A stretch of DNA of 64,000 bases, from assembly GCA_964016885.1 (NCBI GenBank), contig OZ024748.1, positions 26,660,001 through 26,724,000 on the forward strand. The letters run 5' to 3'. The DNA comes from Eledone cirrhosa. Its lineage: Eukaryota. Within the stretch, counting starts at the first letter, position 1; the number at the start of each line of letters is the position of its first letter. This document shows positions 13,494-26,808 of this stretch, in pieces. The translations under genes and the position numbers were made by a program. The notes below the pieces were generated by a model. That model had not been told where the DNA came from. It did not search any database and saw only the letters and a program-made list of their open reading frames with translations.

Positions 13494-14233
13494 ATACAGA
13501 ACAAGATTATCTGATATGTTCTTTCTTTAAAATGATATGACGTGGTATGAGGGAGATTTGGCTGCTATTTCTAGCAAGCAGTGTAACCATGTAGAGACTC
13601 TTTTCTTGGTAAAAGTAGGTGAAGTATTACAGCATTTATTAAAGAAAATTTGAGAACTGCACAGATCTTTGAACCAGATGCCATGACCCAGTGTGTGATA
13701 TTCTCTGAGTCTGAGAAGCATTTGTAATATAATGGGGATATTTAAAACTTTTTATGAGTGTTTTAAGTCTTTTAACCATCATATTTACAATGTAAAGTAC
13801 CACATGTAGTATTTGACACAAAATATAAACTAACTGCACAGAATCACTGAAGTGTTGGAATGCTAGCTTGTATGTAAAATAGAAGTGTGACTTATCTACT
13901 GGACCTACAGAACCTCAATTCCAAATATGTGGTACATTGTAAATGTATGTAAAATGGACATAGACACTATTTAATACAGTAAATGAACACTGCCAAGTTC
14001 AAGATGATTTATTTCTGAAAAAAAAAAAAAAAGAAATGTGATGTTAGAATGATATTTATCAATGTTCTCCTTGATCTAGTACTAAACAGCAACAACAGAA
14101 AATGTATTTATGTGGTCAATCTATTTGTTAGAAATAGCAACCAAATTCCCTTAAATCATATTCTACCATCTTGTCACATTGAATAATGTATATATATCAT
14201 CACCATCACCACCATATATATATATATATATTA

Positions 14234-14348
14234 ATATAGAAAAGCTTCTACAGGACTAGAACTGTTTCATTCGTGAGAAATCATCAGGAGCTTCCTGATG
14301 ATTCCTCACGAATGAAACAGTTCTAGTCCTGTAGAAGCTTTTCTATAT
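14234..14348. ncRNA. Head-to-head palindrome of two type I hammerhead ribozymes (plus copy 14289-14339)
   Basis: AGCTTC-CTGATGA-ttcctcacgaat-GAA-ACAG ttctagtc CTGT-A-GAAGCT: 6-bp stem I, 4-bp stem III, GUA site; left arm is the reverse complement with one mismatch. Confidence 0.8.
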
Positions 14349-14817
14349 CAAAACATTTATACTCTGCTAAGTATTGAGTACCTTATTTACTGTGGTTACC
14401 CCCAATTGAACCTGGAATAACATATATATGTGTTAGGAAAAAGATGGGAAGGTACTGAGTGAAGAACCTTTGTGATCCTAGATCTGTGGATCAGGGTTGA
14501 TCTAGAATACAAGAGTAGCAGGGTTGAGTATACCTTGGTACCTTGTGGCAAGAGAAATCAATACATTAACTAGATCAAAGTTAAACCCATATCTTATCAA
14601 TTACTGCTTAACAAGGTTAATAACAAAAACAATAACAAAAAAACCAGGAAACATAAGATGGGTGGTGGGTGGGGGACGTAGCTTTGGGGGTGGGGGTGGG
14701 GTGGATTGAAAAATGGAGGAAGACAAAGTAGAAGAAAAAACAAGATTGAAACATGTTATCTGTTATTTTGGCAGTGAAGAATGAGAATTTGAGAGAAGGG
14801 AAATGGTAAGAACATTT

Positions 14818-14823
14818 GTGAGT

Positions 14824-14878
<55 letters not shown>

Positions 14879-14929
14879 TGTGTGTGTGTGTGTGAGTGTG
14901 TATGTATGTGTGAGTGTGTGTGTGTATGT

Positions 14930-14968
<39 letters not shown>

Positions 14969-15260
14969 TGAGTGTGTGTGTGTGTGTGAGTGTGAGTGTG
15001 TATGTGTGTGAGTGAGTGTGTATGTATGTATGTGTGTGTGTGTGAGTGAGTGTGTATGTATGTGTGTGAGTGTGTGTGTGAGTGTATGTGGAAGGAGTAG
15101 ATGAGGAAGATATACAAACATATTTATTTATATACACACACACAAACACCTAAACCACACACACACACACAAACACCTACACACACACACACACACACAA
15201 ACACCTAAACCACACACACACAAACACCTACACACACACACACACACACACTCACACACT
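14818..15260. repeat. (GT)n followed by (CA)n microsatellites
   Basis: Direct reading. Confidence 0.95.
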
Positions 15261-15399
15261 CATACATATCCCTTTACAGCCAGAAGAATGGAACAAGATG
15301 TGGGAAGACTAAGTGGTATAGGGGTAAAGGTAGGTAGGAGAGTAGAGAGGTGGAAAGATTGGAAATGGGGGAGGGGGGTAGATAAAGAGAGTGCAGTTG

Positions 15400-16066
15400 G
15401 GGTGGTGGTGGTGGTGGTGGTGATTGTAGTGATGGTCATGGATATGATGTTAGTGTTGTTGGCAGTGGTGTTATTGTTGTTGTTAGTGATGGTGTTGTTG
15501 TTGGTGGTGGTGGTGATGGTGTTGTTGGTGGTAGTGTTGTTGGTGGTGGTGTTGTTGTTGGTGGTGGTGGTGATGGTGTTGTTGTTGGTGGTGGTGGTGA
15601 TGGTGTTGTTGTTGGTGGTGGTGGTGATGGTGTTGTTGGTGGTGGTGGTGGTGATGGTGTTGTTGGTGGTAGTGGTGGTACTGTTGTTGGTGGTGGTGTT
15701 GTTGTTGTTGGTGGTGATGGTGTTGTTGTTGTTGGTGGTGGTGGTAGTATTGTTGTTGGTGGTGGTGGTGTTATTATTGTTGTTGTTGGTGGTGGTGGTA
15801 ATGTTATTGTTGTTGGCGGTGGTGTTGTTGTTGTTGTTAGTGATGGTGTTATTGTTGTTGTTGGTGTTGGTATTGTTGTTGTTGTTGTTGTTGTTGTTGG
15901 TGTCGTTGTTGGTGGTGGTATTGTTGTTGGTGGTGGTGGTGGTGGTTTTGTTGTTAGTGGTAGTGATGGTGTTGCTGTTGTTGTTGGTGGTAGTGATGGT
16001 GTTATTGTTGTTGTTGGTGGTGGTGTTATTGTTGTTGGTGGTGTTGTTGTTGGTGGTGGTGGTGGT
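15400..16066. repeat. (GTG/GTT/GAT)n triplet tract
   Basis: Direct reading; source of the spurious poly-V/L and poly-T/N ORFs. Confidence 0.95.
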
Positions 16067-16149
16067 ATGTACCATAAAGAACAAGAGGTGAGAGTGGAGG
16101 AGGGGGGATATGTCTACATATTCTTCTGCATTTTTATCCTTCTTCTTGG

Positions 16150-16897
16150 GGCATCATCATCATTTTCTTTATCATCTCCATCATCACCCCCATCACCACA
16201 ACCACCCCATCACCTTAATCAATTTCACAACAACCCCCCACCATCATCACAACTCCCGACACCACTACCACAACTACCACCATCACCACTATCGCTACTA
16301 TGACCTCTACCACAACTACCACCACTACCACCATCACCACCACAACCTCTACCCCATCACCATCGCAACCTCTACAACTATCACCACCACCACCACTACC
16401 ACCATCACCACCACCTCTACCATCAGTACCACTACGACCATCACAACCTCTACCACCACTACCACTATCACCATCACTTTCACCACCACTACCACAACCT
16501 CTACCACCACTACCACTATCACCATCACCTTCACCACCACTACCACTACCACCACTACCACTACCACTATCACCATCACTACCACCACCATCACCACAAC
16601 CTCTACTACAACTACCACTATTACCATCACGTCTACCATAACTACCACTACCACCATCACCACCACAACCTCTACTACAACCTCTACCACAACTACCACC
16701 ATCACCTCTACCACCACCACAACTACCACCATCACCACTACAACCTCTACCACAACTACCACCATCACCACCACAACCTCTACCACCATCACCACCACAA
16801 CCTCTACCACAACTACCACCATCACCACCACAACCTCTACCACAACTACCACCATCACCACCATCACCTGTACCACTACCACCACCACCACCATCAT
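16150..16897. repeat. (CAC/TAC/CAT)n triplet tract
   Basis: Direct reading; complementary in composition to the preceding tract. Confidence 0.95.
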
Positions 16898-17019
16898 CTT
16901 TCTGGTTTAATAATCAGAGATATTATTTCGGCAGGAATTACTAAGTTCCAATTGATGTGTTCTACAGATTACCCAAACATGTTTTCTCAGCTTAGTTTTC
17001 CAAACTAATACACATTAAC

Positions 17020-17344
17020 TTGGTTTCGCTTTGGTTTTGGGTTTGGGTTGGTGTTTGGTTTAGGTTTGGTTTTGGGTTTGAGTTACAGTTTGGTTTTGGG
17101 TTTAAGTTTGGGTCGGATTTTGGGTTAAGGTTTGGGCTGGAGTTTGGGTTTAGGTTGAAGTTTGGGTTTGGTTTGGGATTTGGATTGGAGTTTGGGTATA
17201 GTTTTAGTTTGGGGTTTGGGGTTGAGTTGGGATTTAGGTTTGGTTTGGGGTTTGAGTTGCGGTTTAGGTTTGGTTTTGGGTTTAAGTTTGGGTCGGAGTT
17301 TGTGTTTAGGTTTGGTTTTGGTTTTCAATTCATTGTAGGGTTTT
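17020..17344. repeat. Degenerate hexamer repeat (TTTGGG/TTAGGT)n, telomere-like
   Basis: 6-bp periodicity of GGGTTT, AGGTTT, GAGTTT. Confidence 0.85.
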
Positions 17345-17456
17345 AAATTGTTCAATTTGTTTCTTTACATATATATATATTTTTATTTTAATATATATAT
17401 ATATTATTTTCATTCTGACCGTGCTGTTGTCAATCATTTTAAGAATCACATGTATA

Positions 17457-17820
17457 TCATCATCATCATCATCATCGTTTAACGTCCATCTTCCACGCTT
17501 GCATGGGTTTGGACGGGAGTTTTCCCACTTGAGGCAAGATTGGTTGTCTTGCTCGTATAGGACTGTCTGGCGGGTTTTCTACGGCTGGATGCCCTTCCTA
17601 ACACCAACCACGTTTACAGTGTGGAACTGGGAGGTTTTTACCTTGTTACCTACACGGCCACATTACAGCGTGGACTGTGTGTTTTTTTGTCGTGACACCT
17701 ACACGACCTCATTTGTTTCGGACTGGGTGTTGTGGTACCAACATAACTTTACATTGAAAGGGGTGGTGTGGATGGGGTGGGGGTAGTGGGACGGGGGTGT
17801 ATTTTTGTTAGAGGTGCCTA
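17457..17820 (-). mobile_element. RTE 3' UTR fragment with (GAT)n tail
   Basis: Near-identical reverse complement of 32040-32360. Confidence 0.9.
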
Positions 17821-18606
17821 TATATATATATACACACATATCTGTGTGTGTGTGTGTGGTGTTATAATATAATCAAATCAATAAATACATAATCTTCCCA
17901 AAATAATGCAAAATGAAGGAAATACATATGTATGCGTGTATATATATATATGTATATATATATGTGCATGACTTTCTCTCACTATATATGTATGTGGTGT
18001 GTATGTGTGTGCATAACTTTCCCTCACTATGTATGTGTGTATATGTATGTCTGTCAGTATATATATATATATGGCCATAACTTTCTCTCACTATGTGTGT
18101 ATATGTGTGTGTGTAGAGAGAGAGTGAGAGAGAGAGACAGACATATATAAGATAATAATAATGTGAATAAGATAGAGAAAAAAACTCTGGTGGGAAACTG
18201 GATATTATTTCATCATCACTGACTGCATTTCACATCAACTTTTATCTAATTTAACTTCCCTCTTCTCTTTCTCTCTACTCCCTCTTCCCCCTCCCCATCA
18301 CATCTTTTATCTTCACTCTGTTAAACTAAACTCTATTACATTCTTCAATGACTTTTACTCAAATAAACCCACCACCATCAACACAAACCCCTAACACCAT
18401 TACACCTACCACCACCAACTTCTTGTTTTAGTTTTTCACATTTTTTTTCTTATGGGGTGGGAAAGTGCTGTGATATTTTTAACATTTTTTGTTACATTCT
18501 TTGTTTTTGTTTTATACTCATTTTTACATGCAGAAACCCACACTGTACGGTCCTCTGCTGTTCTTCATGTATTTTTTATGTAAACCCTTTGTGATCAATA
18601 AAGAAA

Positions 18607-18643
<37 letters not shown>

Positions 18644-18649
18644 CATCAT

Positions 18650-19455
18650 AAGTGGGTGGTGGATTGGCAGTATTGGTACTGCATTGGACAACATGCTTTG
18701 TGGCATATAGTTTCGGCCCTTTACATTCTGAGTTAAAATTCTACCCAGTCTAGCTTTGCCTTTTATGCTTGAAATAAAGTACCAGTTTGGCTTTGCCTTT
18801 CATCAATAAAATAATGTACCAGTAACACACTGGGGTCTATTACATAGACCCCTATTCCCACCCAACCCGCCAAAATGTGTTGGCCTTGTGCCTAAAGAAG
18901 AAACCTTTATATTTATTATTTCCATAAGAGGCAGAATCATTACATTGTCTAAAAAAATGACTGGCAGTATTTGTCCCAATGTTCTAAGTTCAAATCCCAC
19001 CAAAGTCAACCTTTCAATTTTGTGGGTGATGAAATAAACTACCAGTCATGTACTGGGGTCAATTTAATTGACTCTTCTTCTTCCTCTTCACAAATTTATA
19101 GTCGTGTACTTATTTTAGAAACCTGTTGTATGCATCTTGTTTAGAATAGATAGAACAGATCCCCTCATGTCATAAGAGTTAACTAAAAGGGTTAGTGCCA
19201 GTAAGGGGCCATGAAACATTCCCTCAAAAAAGGATCCCATGATGAATATAAAATCTGTCATGAGGCCTTACGTACTGTAGCTTTGCCTTTCAACCTTACA
19301 TTGGTCAATAAAGTATTAGTAATGCACTGGGATCGATTTATCCCTTAAAATTGCTGGCCATGTGTACCAGAAGTAGAAACAATTATTTTTAGAGTGCTTT
19401 GCAATATTGTGTTACCTCCTTTTACATTCTGAGTTCAAATCCAGCCAGAGTCAAC
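18650..19455 (+). mobile_element. Cluster of decayed SINE family A copies
   Basis: GGTGGATTGGCAGTA head at ~18658 and TTCT.AGTT.AAAT at ~18727, ~18982 and ~19427. Confidence 0.75.
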
Positions 19456-19544
19456 TCAACATTAAAGAGAGGTTTCTTCTCAGAAAACCTGCTGTCCAGC
19501 TCTCTCTCTCTCCTGAGAGTTTCTTATCCATGATGATGAAGGCA

Positions 19545-19762
19545 TGGATCAACCAAAAACTATATATAATCCAAAGTACCATGTAGCATGACCAACCTAT
19601 AACCACATGATTGGTCAACCAAAGACTATAGTAGAAGACAATTGTCCAAAGTAGCATGTAGCATGACCAACCTATAACCACATGATTGGTCAACCAAAGA
19701 CTATAGAAGAAGACAATTGTCCAAAGTAGCATGTAGTATGACCAACCTATAATCACATGGTT
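19545..19762. repeat. 75-bp tandem repeat, ~3 copies
   Basis: GGTCAACCAAAGACTATAG at 19613 and 19688; TCCAAAGTA.CATGTAG.ATGACCAACCTATAA three times. Confidence 0.9.
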
Positions 19763-19924
19763 GTAAAAGGAACTCATTACTTTCTTTTATATTTTTAGTA
19801 TATTCAATGCAATAGAATAGTAATTAAAAAAAAATTATTTTTAATTCTAGAAAAAAATATATTTTAAGTTTCATCAAACCATTTTGTTTTATTTTCTTAA
19901 CACAATTTTTGTTTATTTTTATTT

Positions 19925-20682
19925 TTATTTTTGTCAATGAAAAATAAAAATGTTAAGTAAAAGAAACTGTTTTTAACATTCCTAAGTAGATGTTTCTAGT
20001 TTGAAGTAAAGTGAAGATATCTGCTGACCCCTACCTTCCCCTCCATGGGGGTATTTCAATATTCTCTCTCAACAGAGTCTGTAGATGATGTAGTTGGTGG
20101 TGTAGGTGAGTTGGATGGTTAGCAGTGGTGTAAGTGGGGTAGTTGATTGGTGGTGGTGTAGGTGGGGAAGTTGGTTAGTAATTGATGTGTAGGTGGAGTA
20201 GTTGGTGTGTAAATGATGGTGTGGGTGAGTTGGTGGGATGTAGGTGGTGTGTATGTGGGCTGGTTATCAGCAGCAAGAGATACCAGTAGACTCCCCCCTT
20301 GCATTGATGAAAAAGTGTGTGTGTGGGGGGAGGGGGTAAAAATACATAAAAACCTTTCTTTTTGTGTCTGTAAAAAACATATGTCTAGGTTACTATTGGG
20401 GGTGGGTTAGGGCAAATACCTCTGTTCTGGTTCTGACTAAACCCTGAAAGCCAATGAGGGAACATATTGGTGGTCATTTATCCTGCTAAAAGCAACAACC
20501 AAATCCCCCTCATATCATAACTCTACTAATTGGGTTACTTCGGAGGCAGGGGCTAAGTAACACTGTTCTGGTAAGGGGGTCAATAGATATCTTCACTTTA
20601 CTTCAAACTAGAAACATCTATTTAGGAATGTTAAAAACAGTTTATTTTGCTTAACATTTTAATTTTTCATTGACAAAAATAT
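19925..20682. repeat. ~105-bp inverted repeat arms (19925-20032 and 20574-20682)
   Basis: TTTGTCAATGAAAA..TTGAAGTAAAGTGAAGATATCT..GACCCCT versus its reverse complement. Confidence 0.85.
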
Positions 20683-22632
20683 AGGGCCTAGGTGGTCATT
20701 CATCCTACTAGAAACAACAACCAAATGCCCCTCATATTCTCGCTCTATTAATTGGTTTACTGCAGAGGTGGTTGGAGCCAATACTCAAGTTCAGGTTCTG
20801 ACTAAGAAACCCTAAGAACCAACAAGGGAACCTTTTGGTGGTTGTTCATCTTGTTAGAAATAACAACCAGAACTTCCTACTTTTAGAAATAATAAAACAA
20901 AACAAAACATAGCATGAATAAGTTACAGAGGTTGGGGTAATTATTAGGCAGCCCTAGATTAACCATTAAACAAAATAAGCATCACTTACTTTGGGCCCTA
21001 AGAGGAGCCTCAAAATAATCAAAACATAGGTTTTCATTTTTTGTGAGACTTTCTGATGCAATATTTTTTAAAGAAGGGCCTCCAAGTTTTATATAATTTA
21101 GGGCTCCATCAATTATTATTTAGTTTAGGGCCTCCAATTTTTATATAGTTTAGAGCCCCACAAAGCTTCAATCTGGGACTGATCGTTGTGGAGTGGGGTG
21201 GCAACTAAAATTGTTCTACTTCTAAACCTGAGAGCCAATGAAACTCTAGGTGGTTGTTCCCCATGCTAGAAATAACAGCCTAATACTCCACATTGCTATA
21301 AATATTGAGATATCTCCCACATCAAACCAGGGATCGCAACAGAGTTAACCACAAATACATTGTATTTAAATTATTTTAATGAAGAATTAAGAAGGATTTA
21401 GAAAAGTTATTAATTATTTCATTAAGATGGTATTAAAAACATAACAAAAGACTCTTTCATGAAATTATGTTGGAAGATTTTAATTTAAATAAGAACCCAT
21501 TAAGATGAGTGGTTTTGTTTCATAGAACCAGAGGTGGTTTGGAGCAGGTTATTATGAAGAATATGATCTCATTTGCTAACCAAGTTGGGGTGGAACTTGT
21601 CAAATCAGATCAAGGAAACAATGTTTCCATTGGTCTTTCCAATTGCTGGTACTGTCTATCGGTTGCAACTCCTGGCAAAAAGTTCAATGAGAAATAAAGT
21701 GTCTTGCTCAAGGACATAATGCATCAGACGGACTGAGAATCGAACTCACAACCTCACAATTGTTATTATCAAAAAGGTTAATAACATTCTATCAATATTT
21801 CTCTGAATAAGTATGAGGTACTGTATTTATCAACTCCTGAAAGGATAAAAGGCAAAGTTGACCATGGTAGTATTTGAACTCAAAAAGCAGTGAACCCAAA
21901 ACAAAAAGACCTTAATTTTTAATGTGATGCATTTATAGTGCTGTTTTGCATGGCCATATCAACCCACGTTTGGGTCCCTAAACTTTCAGTTATTTAGGGA
22001 TGGGGGCCCTCTGGCACTTCAATCTCTCTCACTCCACTACAGCAAAAGAATTTGACAGCCCCTAGTTCCTGCAAAACCCTTAGGCTTCAGTGTAGTTAGC
22101 CATATGAATAACACAGCCCTGTTGTTTTGTACTTTTCAAGAATGTTTTGCTAATGCAGTTTCATGTGGTACAGGACATTAAGAGTTTAAAAAAATAGAAA
22201 GATTTAGTGTCATAACTAAAGTAAATTGTCCTTTTTATTGTTTTTTTTTTCAATTTGTAATTGAAACCCCAAAGTCAGTGTATATCTGCTGGGTGGGAAG
22301 CTGACATCTTTCTCCAGAGCATTTTCCATATATGCAGATGATGATGATGATTTATAATAATAATAATAATAATAATGATTTCTTTATTTAACGATAATAA
22401 TAATGGCATTAAATTGTGTTTGCTGTGGTCGCTTATCTGTGCTAGGTGCCCATGGGAGATCAAAATATTAAGGGGACACTTATGAAGTAAAATAACCAAT
22501 TTGTAACGAAAATTATTTTTAAAGGAAATATATATAACAATAACAAAAAAAACTCTGTTATGATAAGAAAATGTATGAAGAATCGTTTCATAGAATTTTG
22601 ATAATTGTTTCTATTTTTGGCACAATATTATT

Positions 22633-22955
22633 TGGATTGGCAGTATCAGTAGAAGGTTGGACACTATGTTTTGTGGCATAGAGTTATGTCACTTTACATT
22701 CTGAGTTCAAATCTCGCCAAGGTTAGCTTTGTCTTTCTTCCTTACGTGATCAATAACATAAAGTACCAGTAACACACTGAGGTTGATATAATCGACTTTC
22801 CTCTACCTCAAAATTGTTGGCTTTGGGTCTAAATCAGAAACCACTAGTTCTATTTAATCTCTAGAGGTGTTTCATTGGTATTATTTCTTTTCATAAGTAC
22901 CAGTAATGTACTGAGTAATTGCTGGCCTTGTGCCAAAAGTAGAAACAATTATTTC
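22633..22955 (+). mobile_element. tRNA-derived SINE family A plus a second tail
   Basis: GGATTGGCAGTATCAGTAGA..TTCTGAGTTCAAATCTCGCC..AAAGTACCAGT. Confidence 0.88.
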
Positions 22956-23084
22956 TTTTCATAGGTTTGTCAAGGTGAGGGCAACAGTGACTTTTATGGG
23001 TTCTCACCCATCAATTGCCATATTTCTAACATTGCCACAGCACTGCACCAACATTACTCTAAATAACCTCAACATTGCTCCAGT

Positions 23085-23730
23085 GCAGCTCCAACACAAC
23101 ACAGCTCTAACACAGCCACAACACTGCTTTAACACTGCTCTACCACAGCCACAACACAGCTCTATCACAGCCACAACACTGCTTTAACACTGCACTACCA
23201 CAGCCACAACACAGCTCTATCACAGCCACAACACTGCTCTATCACAGCCACAACACTGCTCTACCACAGCCACAACACAGCTCTATCACAGCCACAACAC
23301 TGCTCTATCACAGCCACAACACTGCTCTACCACAGCCACAACACAGCTCTATCACAGCCACAACACTGCTCTATCACAGCCACAACACTGCTCTACCACA
23401 GCCACAACACAGCTCTATCACAGCCACAACACAGCTCTATCACAGCCACAACACTGCTTTAACACTGCTCTACCACAGCCACAACACAGCTCTATCACAG
23501 CCACAACACTGCTCTATCACAGCCACAACACTGCTCTACCACAGCCACAACACAGCTCTATCACAGCCACAACACTGCTCTATCACAGCCACAACACTGC
23601 TCTACCACAGCCACAACACAGCTCTATCACAGCCACAACACAGCTCTAACACAGCCACAACACTGCTTTAACACTGCCCTACCACAGTCACGACACAGCT
23701 CTATCACAGCCACAACACTGCTCTATCAGA
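23085..23730. repeat. 22-bp minisatellite (CACAGCCACAACACTGCTCTAT), ~29 copies
   Basis: Head-to-tail units with a recurring 3-unit variant pattern. Confidence 0.95.
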
Positions 23731-24765
23731 GTTCTGGCATTGCTCTCTAACACCTTGGGACAGTAAATAGTAAAATGGAGAAAAAATGAAAAAGAAAAGA
23801 AAAACTAACACAAGAAAAGAGGCAGCTGAGGTGTTGTAAAATAATCTATTACATTGAGGTTGCTAATGATGGAGGGTCAGGTTCCAGTCTGAGTAAACCA
23901 GAGACAGACATAGACAGAGTAAGAAGATATATATATATAGCCCCTTGTCCTCACATTCTATCCCTGAAAGAGCAAGGAGGTGGCAGCGTTGGAACCCCAC
24001 ATTCCCATAAGAGAACAACAATAATAAAGAACAAAAATTCGCCATTACCACAACAACAATAGCCAATAGCACCACCACCACCATCCCAACAACAACACAA
24101 CCATCATCAATATGAATAAACACCATGTTGAAACATGACAAAAGATCATTCAACATGCAACCCAGCCAACCCCCTATACCAAGAAACCTGTTAAAAACCC
24201 CAATTAAAGCTACATTGGTTAGTTCTTAATTCTTAAAAGGTGGTGCTGCTGCTGATGGTGGCGGTGGTGCTGGTGGTGGTGGTGGTGGTGGTGTTGTTGA
24301 TGGTGGTGGTGCTGGTGTTGGTGGTGTTGTTGATGGTGGTGGTGCTGGTGTTGGTGGTGTGGTAGTGGTGGTTGTGGAGGTGTGGTGCTGGTGGTGGTGC
24401 TGGTAGTGTTGGTTGTGGTGGTGTGGTGCTGGTGTGATGCTGGTGGCGGTGCTGGTAGTGGTGTGGTGCTGGTGGTGATGTAGTGAAGTGGTAATTTGTT
24501 GGTGTTAGTGTTGTTTTTTGTTTGGTTTAGTTTTTCAAAACAATTTTTAAAAAAAAGGAAAACATCCCAAAACAAAAGTCTGGTGTTTCATGTAAAACAT
24601 GGTGTCAGTCATACCTTAATTAAGATAATTACTCCCCATCACCATCACCAGTAATGTTACCTGTTACTGCTGTTGCTACTACTACTAACACCATTATCAC
24701 TAAAAATTAGTGGGGGGAGGTGGGGTTGTCATTGAATACTTTCATATGTAAACACACAGATATAG

Positions 24766-24814
<49 letters not shown>

Positions 24815-24838
24815 GTGTATGTATATCTGTGTGTTTAC

Positions 24839-24869
<31 letters not shown>

Positions 24870-25699
24870 TATACACACACCTCTGCCAGTTCTAGTTGTT
24901 GGATCAATGGAACAGCCTAGTCCATAAATAATGTGTAAGTGGCTGAGCATTCCATAGACACATGTACTCTTAATACAATTCTTAGGTAGATTCAGCATGA
25001 TACAGTGTGTAACAACTCTGGCCATTTGAATTACAAGTACAGTGCATTCGACAGGCTTCCATACAGTTCCTGCCTACCCAATTTCACAAGGCTTGGGTCA
25101 ACCTGAGGCTAGGATCAATAACACTTACACACAATGCCATAAAGTGGGATTGAACCCAGGACAAATGATTGGCCAGTCAATTTCTTCAGTTCGTCATCAT
25201 CTTTAGTATTTCATTCTGTAACCAGTATTAAGTTTCACCTATGAGTAAATGTTTGATGTTAATCATCATTACACACACATATACATATATATATACACAC
25301 ACACATATATATATACACACATACACACACACACATATATATATACACACACACACACACATATATATATACATACACACACATATATATATACATACAC
25401 ACACACACATATATATATACATACACACACACACACACATATATATACATACACACACACACACATATATATACATACACACACACACACATATATATAT
25501 ACATACACACACATATACATATATATATACATACACACACACACACATATATATACACACATACATGTATATACTTAGGAAGTGGCCTGCCACTATTACT
25601 ACTTTTTTGTAGGTGGAACAATGTCAACAACAACAACAACTATCACAACAACAACAATAATTAAATGTTTGGAGGGAGTGGGGATTTCATCCATTGTTG

Positions 25700-25746
<47 letters not shown>

Positions 25747-26200
25747 GAAGGGATTTTTTGTGTGAATGAAAACTGGCTCAGTTTGTCTGTAATAACAGGG
25801 TTTCAGGTAAGATGGCCAACAGCTACAGGTAAATAGGGAGGGAGGTAGGTGAACAGCTCAGGGGTGGAGTGGGGGTGATTTAAAGAAATAAATATTTTGT
25901 CAACCAGCCAACATAGTGACTGTATTTTAACTAAGATACAACAATTATTACATACTACCCCTTTTTTAAACTCTTAACATCCTGTAACGATTTAGCAGAA
26001 AATATCTAAAATTGGGTGTGTTAATTCAAATGTTTATAATATCTTTACTAATAAACTGATCTTTGTGAAAAATTTATAGTATTAGTATAAAGACTTCAAT
26101 ATTTAATGTGATGCAGTCACCATAGTGCTGTTTTGTACTAAATGTTTGTATCTTTATTTGTGAAGATTTGCAGAATGAGAGCAAAGACTTCAATATTTAA

Positions 26201-26419
26201 CCCTTTAGCATTTACATTACTCTATATTTACTATTATATTTTCATGGTAAAGGCTTTATCTCACATAATATCTCACATAATATCGAATCTATGAGATTTT
26301 TATATTATTTATTTTGAGAACAATACCTTAACAACAGTATGATGGCCAGTTACAGCTGGTTTGAACAGAAAGAAGTGAGAAAATTCTGGCCGGATATGGC
26401 CGGTTTAAATGCTAAAGGG
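26201..26419. mobile_element. piggyBac-like MITE family A with TTAA TSD
   Basis: TTAA-CCCTTTAGCATTTA ... TAAATGCTAAAGGG-TTAA, 14-bp perfect TIR; paralogous empty site at 26091-26115. Confidence 0.92.
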
Positions 26420-26607
26420 TTAATGTGATGAAGTTATCACATACTGTTTTGTACTTTTTAGAAATATCTTGCTGATGGCATTTCAAATGGTACAAGACAT
26501 TAAGAGTTTGTGTGTGTGTATGTATGTGTGATATTGACAGACATAAGAATGAGTACTCAATAACGAAGTAGAGATTAAATATTCTTTATTATGGTTAAGT
26601 GGTGAGT

Positions 26608-26656
26608 CTTGTTAGTCCGGAGTTTACCCTGTGTACTCACAGGATCATCAGACAAG
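26608..26656 (-). ncRNA. Degenerate hammerhead motif (G12 mutated)
   Basis: Minus strand CTTGT-CTGATGA-tcctgtgagtacacaggg-TAA-ACTCCGGACT-A-ACAAG; 5-bp stem I, 6-bp stem II; paralog at 52501-52548. Confidence 0.6.
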
Positions 26657-26808
26657 TCCATCCAGATATTCATGAACCCCCTCCTTAGTTCTGATTCCTG
26701 GACCCATGTACCTATTGAGCCCTCATATAGGGTGGTGGTGATGGTGATGTGTTTCACAGACTATAATTACTATAGACATGACTATAAAAATGTTATTTTT
26801 ATTTGCAG

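Noticed and set aside
13633-13727. Possible terminal coding exon FIKENLRTAQIFEPDAMTQCVIFSESEKHL*
   Set aside because: Weak acceptor with no pyrimidine tract and no recognisable homology
15260-16910. ORFs of 180-275 aa (poly-T/N/V/H, mucin-like)
   Set aside because: Triplet microsatellites open on both strands, with no non-repetitive domain or splice support
18490-18650. Acceptor-like site followed by AATAAA as a gene 3' end
   Set aside because: AATAAAGAAATC(ATT)n recurs inverted at ~22355-22392, so it is more likely a retroelement tail
23863-24156. 97-aa hydrophobic minus-strand ORF
   Set aside because: Hydrophobicity comes from GTG/GTT repeats; no recognisable family
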